Notes under the pieces: generated by a model | Told to the model about the DNA's origin: nothing | The model's database searches: none | What the model saw: only the letters and a program-made list of their open reading frames with translations | Program-made: the position numbers and the translations under genes | In this document: in pieces, positions 61,383 to 64,000 of the stretch | Position numbering within the stretch: position 1 is the first letter of the stretch | Layout of the letters: every line of letters starts with the position of its first letter | From: Candidatus Marinacidobacterales bacterium | Lineage (GTDB): Bacteria > Acidobacteriota > Vicinamibacteria > Marinacidobacterales > DATDRI01 | Direction of reading: 5' to 3' | Length of the DNA stretch: 64,000 bases | Assembly: GCA_965219415.1 (NCBI GenBank) | Contig: CBDCNP010000002.1 | Location: 1,760,001 to 1,824,000 of the forward strand

Positions 61383-61920
61383 CCTGTTCACCGTCGAGGT
61401 TGTGAACCCGTTCGGGCTCGTCCGCTACCATGTCCTGTTTGTCATCGATATCGCCACTCGCTGCGTGTGCATCGGTGGGATAACGTCGGACCCCAACGGG
61501 GAGTGGATGAAGCAGGTGGCAAGAAACCTCACTGACCTGTGGGATGGTTTCCTCCTTGGCAAGCGATACCTCATCCACGACCGGGACCCGCTATTCACCG
61601 AGGCGGTACGTGGGCTGTTGAGAGATTCAGGCGTGAAGCCCCTTCGCCTTCCCGCTAATAGTCCGAATCTGAACGCATATGCGGAAAGATTCGTTCTCTC
61701 CATACGTCGAGAGTGTCTCGACCGCTTCGTACCTCTCAGTGAGCGACACCTGCGCACAGCGGTAACCGAATACGTAGTGCACTATCACACAGAACGGAAC
61801 CACCAAGGTCTCGGCAACGAGCTCCTCACACCTCTGCCGGCAAGCGCGAATGACACTAGCCCCATCGTGTCGCGAGAGCGACTTGGGGGCATTCTCAACT
61901 ACTACTGCCGTGCCGCGTAG
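61383..61920 (+). pseudogene. rve integrase-core transposase C-terminal fragment
   Basis: [48 protein letters not shown]. Confidence 0.85.
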
Positions 61921-62065
61921 ATTGTCGCCGGCGACGGTAGCCACTCGGCGGGCTCGACCGGCGTAGCGTGGAAACCGCTTCAGGAACACGCTTCGATATT
62001 CGCTCTCGACTAGGAGGTCATCTGCATGGTGACGACCCGCCTGCCCAAGACGATTGTAAAGCCCA

Positions 62066-62151
62066 CGGCCCTTGGCCCGGTCGCAAACACAGACACTAAG
62101 TTGCTGATTTATGGCCTATTTCAAAAGGGCCGAGTTTTGGCACAGGACGGG
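62066..62151 (+). repeat. 86-bp direct repeat, copy 1 (probable mobile-element end)
   Basis: 83/86 identical by eye to 63797-63882; lies 3' of the rve remnant. Confidence 0.88.
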
Positions 62152-62422
62152 ATCCGGCGAAGCGTGCACTCTCGGCCTGTGATCCGCAAAAAAGAAGAAC
62201 GCGTATCGACGGGCAGAAGAAAACGCCCCCGATGCCAGACACCCCATTAGACTGGACTTTGCGGCGCAAGAGAGCGAAAGTCGGATGATGCTGAAGGATA
62301 CAGGGGTTGGCCAGGGATGTCGTTCTGGACGGTTTGGACCTCGCCAGCCTGCGGCGGGTCTGGGAGCAGACTTCTGGGGCTGCTCCTCCACGTTCGCTCT
62401 CAAGCGCGAGAGGAACTAATAA

Positions 62423-63307
62423 ATGCCGTCCGATTGGGAAGACCGGAACATCGAGCAGCCGGAAGAAAGTGCGGTTTCCGAACCCGTCCTGACGGACGAT
62501 GGCAAGTCCCTCCGGCATTGGCTCCTCGTCCCTGCCGGAGTCGTCGGGATTGCTTTTGTCGTGGGAATCGTCCTGTACTTTCTCCTTACTGGCGAAGGTA
62601 TCGACGAGGCTCCCGACGCGCTCGAGGCGCCGACGAGCACCGTGGCAGAGCCGGCTGCGCCACCGTCCGGCGGGACGGGAGCTCTACCGGAGGCTGCGCC
62701 GATCGTTCTGCCACCGCTGTCCACCAGCGATGAGTTCGTCCGCGCGATGGTCGAAAAGCTCTCCGCACATCCCGTGCTGGCGTCGTTTGTGGTGACCGAG
62801 CAGCTCGTTCGCAAAGCGGTGGTCGTCGTGGCCAACGTTGCGGAAGGGCTCAGCCCGGCTCGTCTGTTCCCGCATCTACGACCGGAGGAGCGGTTCGAGG
62901 TCGCCTCCCACTCGGGCCGACTCGTCATCGACGCGGAGAGCTACCATCGATATGACACGTACGTCGACTTCCTCGTTTCCCTCGATTCCGCTGGCCTCGT
63001 CGAAACGTACCGCAATGTGAGACCCCTGATCGACGAGGCGTATCAGGAACTCGGCTACGGCGAGCAGCCATTCGAGGACGTTCTGACCATAGCCTTCGCG
63101 GTCGTTCTGAAAACACCCATTGTTCGGGGTGATATGGTCGTCGAGACAGTAAGCGTCGACTACACTTACTCCGAGCAGTGGATCGAAGACCTCCCGCCCG
63201 TTCAGAGACAGCTTCTTCGCATGGGACCGGACAACGTCCAGCGGATCCAGGCGAAGCTACGGGAGATCGCGGTCGAGTTCGGTCTTCGTCTGCCCGCCGA
63301 GGGCTGA
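62423..63307 (+). CDS. DUF3014 domain membrane-anchored protein
   Basis: TM + Pro/Ala linker; LPPL..SD, SY.RYD, AYQELGY, QLLRMGPDN. Confidence 0.85.
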   Translation: MPSDWEDRNIEQPEESAVSEPVLTDDGKSLRHWLLVPAGVVGIAFVVGIVLYFLLTGEGIDEAPDALEAPTSTVAEPAAPPSGGTGALPEAAPIVLPPLSTSDEFVRAMVEKLSAHPVLASFVVTEQLVRKAVVVVANVAEGLSPARLFPHLRPEERFEVASHSGRLVIDAESYHRYDTYVDFLVSLDSAGLVETYRNVRPLIDEAYQELGYGEQPFEDVLTIAFAVVLKTPIVRGDMVVETVSVDYTYSEQWIEDLPPVQRQLLRMGPDNVQRIQAKLREIAVEFGLRLPAEG

Positions 63308-63641
63308 GCCCGCTCCCGGCAGGTGTTTGCTCACTGAACATTTAGAGCCTACAATCTCATTCAATCAGGACTCTGGCGGACGGCCTGTCCCTTCCATAAA
63401 CTAAGAAGCGCCCCACGGCGCAGCCATAGGCAAGGGTGGCGACCAGACCTACAACATCCTATTTCAGGAGAAAGACAGACACGAAACTTGAAACGATTTG
63501 GTTGAAACCGGCTTTGCCACGCCGGCTTCAACCAGCCCTTGTCAGCACCGAATGACTGAGATACAACGTGGTACTAACCGTGGGGTCAGGTCATCCTGCC
63601 ATGGTAAGTCCCGCCCCAAGGGTAAGGACTTCAAAAAAACG

Positions 63642-63705
63642 ATGAATCTCGAAGTCCTCGAAGCTGACTTGAACAACTTCAAGCATGCCGAGGCGGTTCG
63701 GCTGT
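63642..63705 (+). pseudogene. Possible N-terminal remnant of a GNAT acetyltransferase
   Basis: MNLEVLEADLNNFKHAEAV resembles a GNAT N-terminus and then breaks. Confidence 0.3.
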
Positions 63706-63796
63706 GCCTTCTATTTATTCATCCGCGCGTCCCGAACTTGATCGGTCTCCGGTCTCCCGGGACCATGCCTGCATGATCTCGTCGTTTGTTCGCGCT

Positions 63797-63882
63797 CGGC
63801 CCTTGGCACGGCCGCAAACACAGACACTAAGTTGCTGATTTATGGGCTATTTCAAAAGGGCCGAGTTTTGGCACAGGACGGG
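63797..63882 (+). repeat. 86-bp direct repeat, copy 2
   Basis: Matches 62066-62151. Confidence 0.88.
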
Positions 63883-64000
63883 GTCAGGTCAATTCGAGCT
63901 TTCCCCTCCGAGTGGTACCACTCTCTAAGTTAGCCTAGCTGAGTCTCTGCGCCGACCGCCTCGGCACGTTTGCGCGCTCTCATTCGTGCGTTCGCCAAAT

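Noticed and set aside
1-64000. tRNA, rRNA, prophage or known anti-phage defence genes
   Set aside because: None recognised by eye; a covariance-model or HMM scan would be needed to exclude them

Overview
GC-rich bacterial chromosomal window, probably from an Acidobacteriota genome (Vicinamibacteria-like). That placement is inferred from the ADOP-type permease and the gene content, not from a marker gene. Housekeeping blocks are a 2-oxoacid:ferredoxin oxidoreductase, a MocR regulator with pdxS-pdxT, pal, pyrK-pyrD-pyrF, pruA and HU. They are interleaved with signalling and envelope genes and several IS elements: three IS256 copies, ISL3, IS3 and an rve integrase remnant. Three of these have readable target-site duplications, and removing two of them restores the interrupted genes. 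About ten otherwise well-formed genes carry single-base frameshifts or in-frame stops, which suggests assembly errors or recent decay. The best candidate for an undescribed system is a tightly coupled operon at 26283-33960. It encodes an NTT (ATP/ADP translocase-family)-HEAT transporter, a tandem cNMP-binding protein, a signal-peptide Shewanella-like phosphatase-TPR and a signal-peptide atypical (PI3/PI4K/Fam20-like) kinase whose 5' end is cut by ISL3. This may be an extracytoplasmic phosphorylation circuit with its own ATP supply. Other leads are an ECF sigma / zinc-anti-sigma-Ogt fusion / DksA-finger-PP2C operon, a candidate small selenoprotein with a SECIS-like hairpin, a degenerate MreB-like protein, a PilZ-TM-lytic transglycosylase fusion, a pseudo-enhancer-binding protein, a TPR pseudokinase and nested non-coding repeats. 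All calls come from reading motifs by eye; no searches were run.
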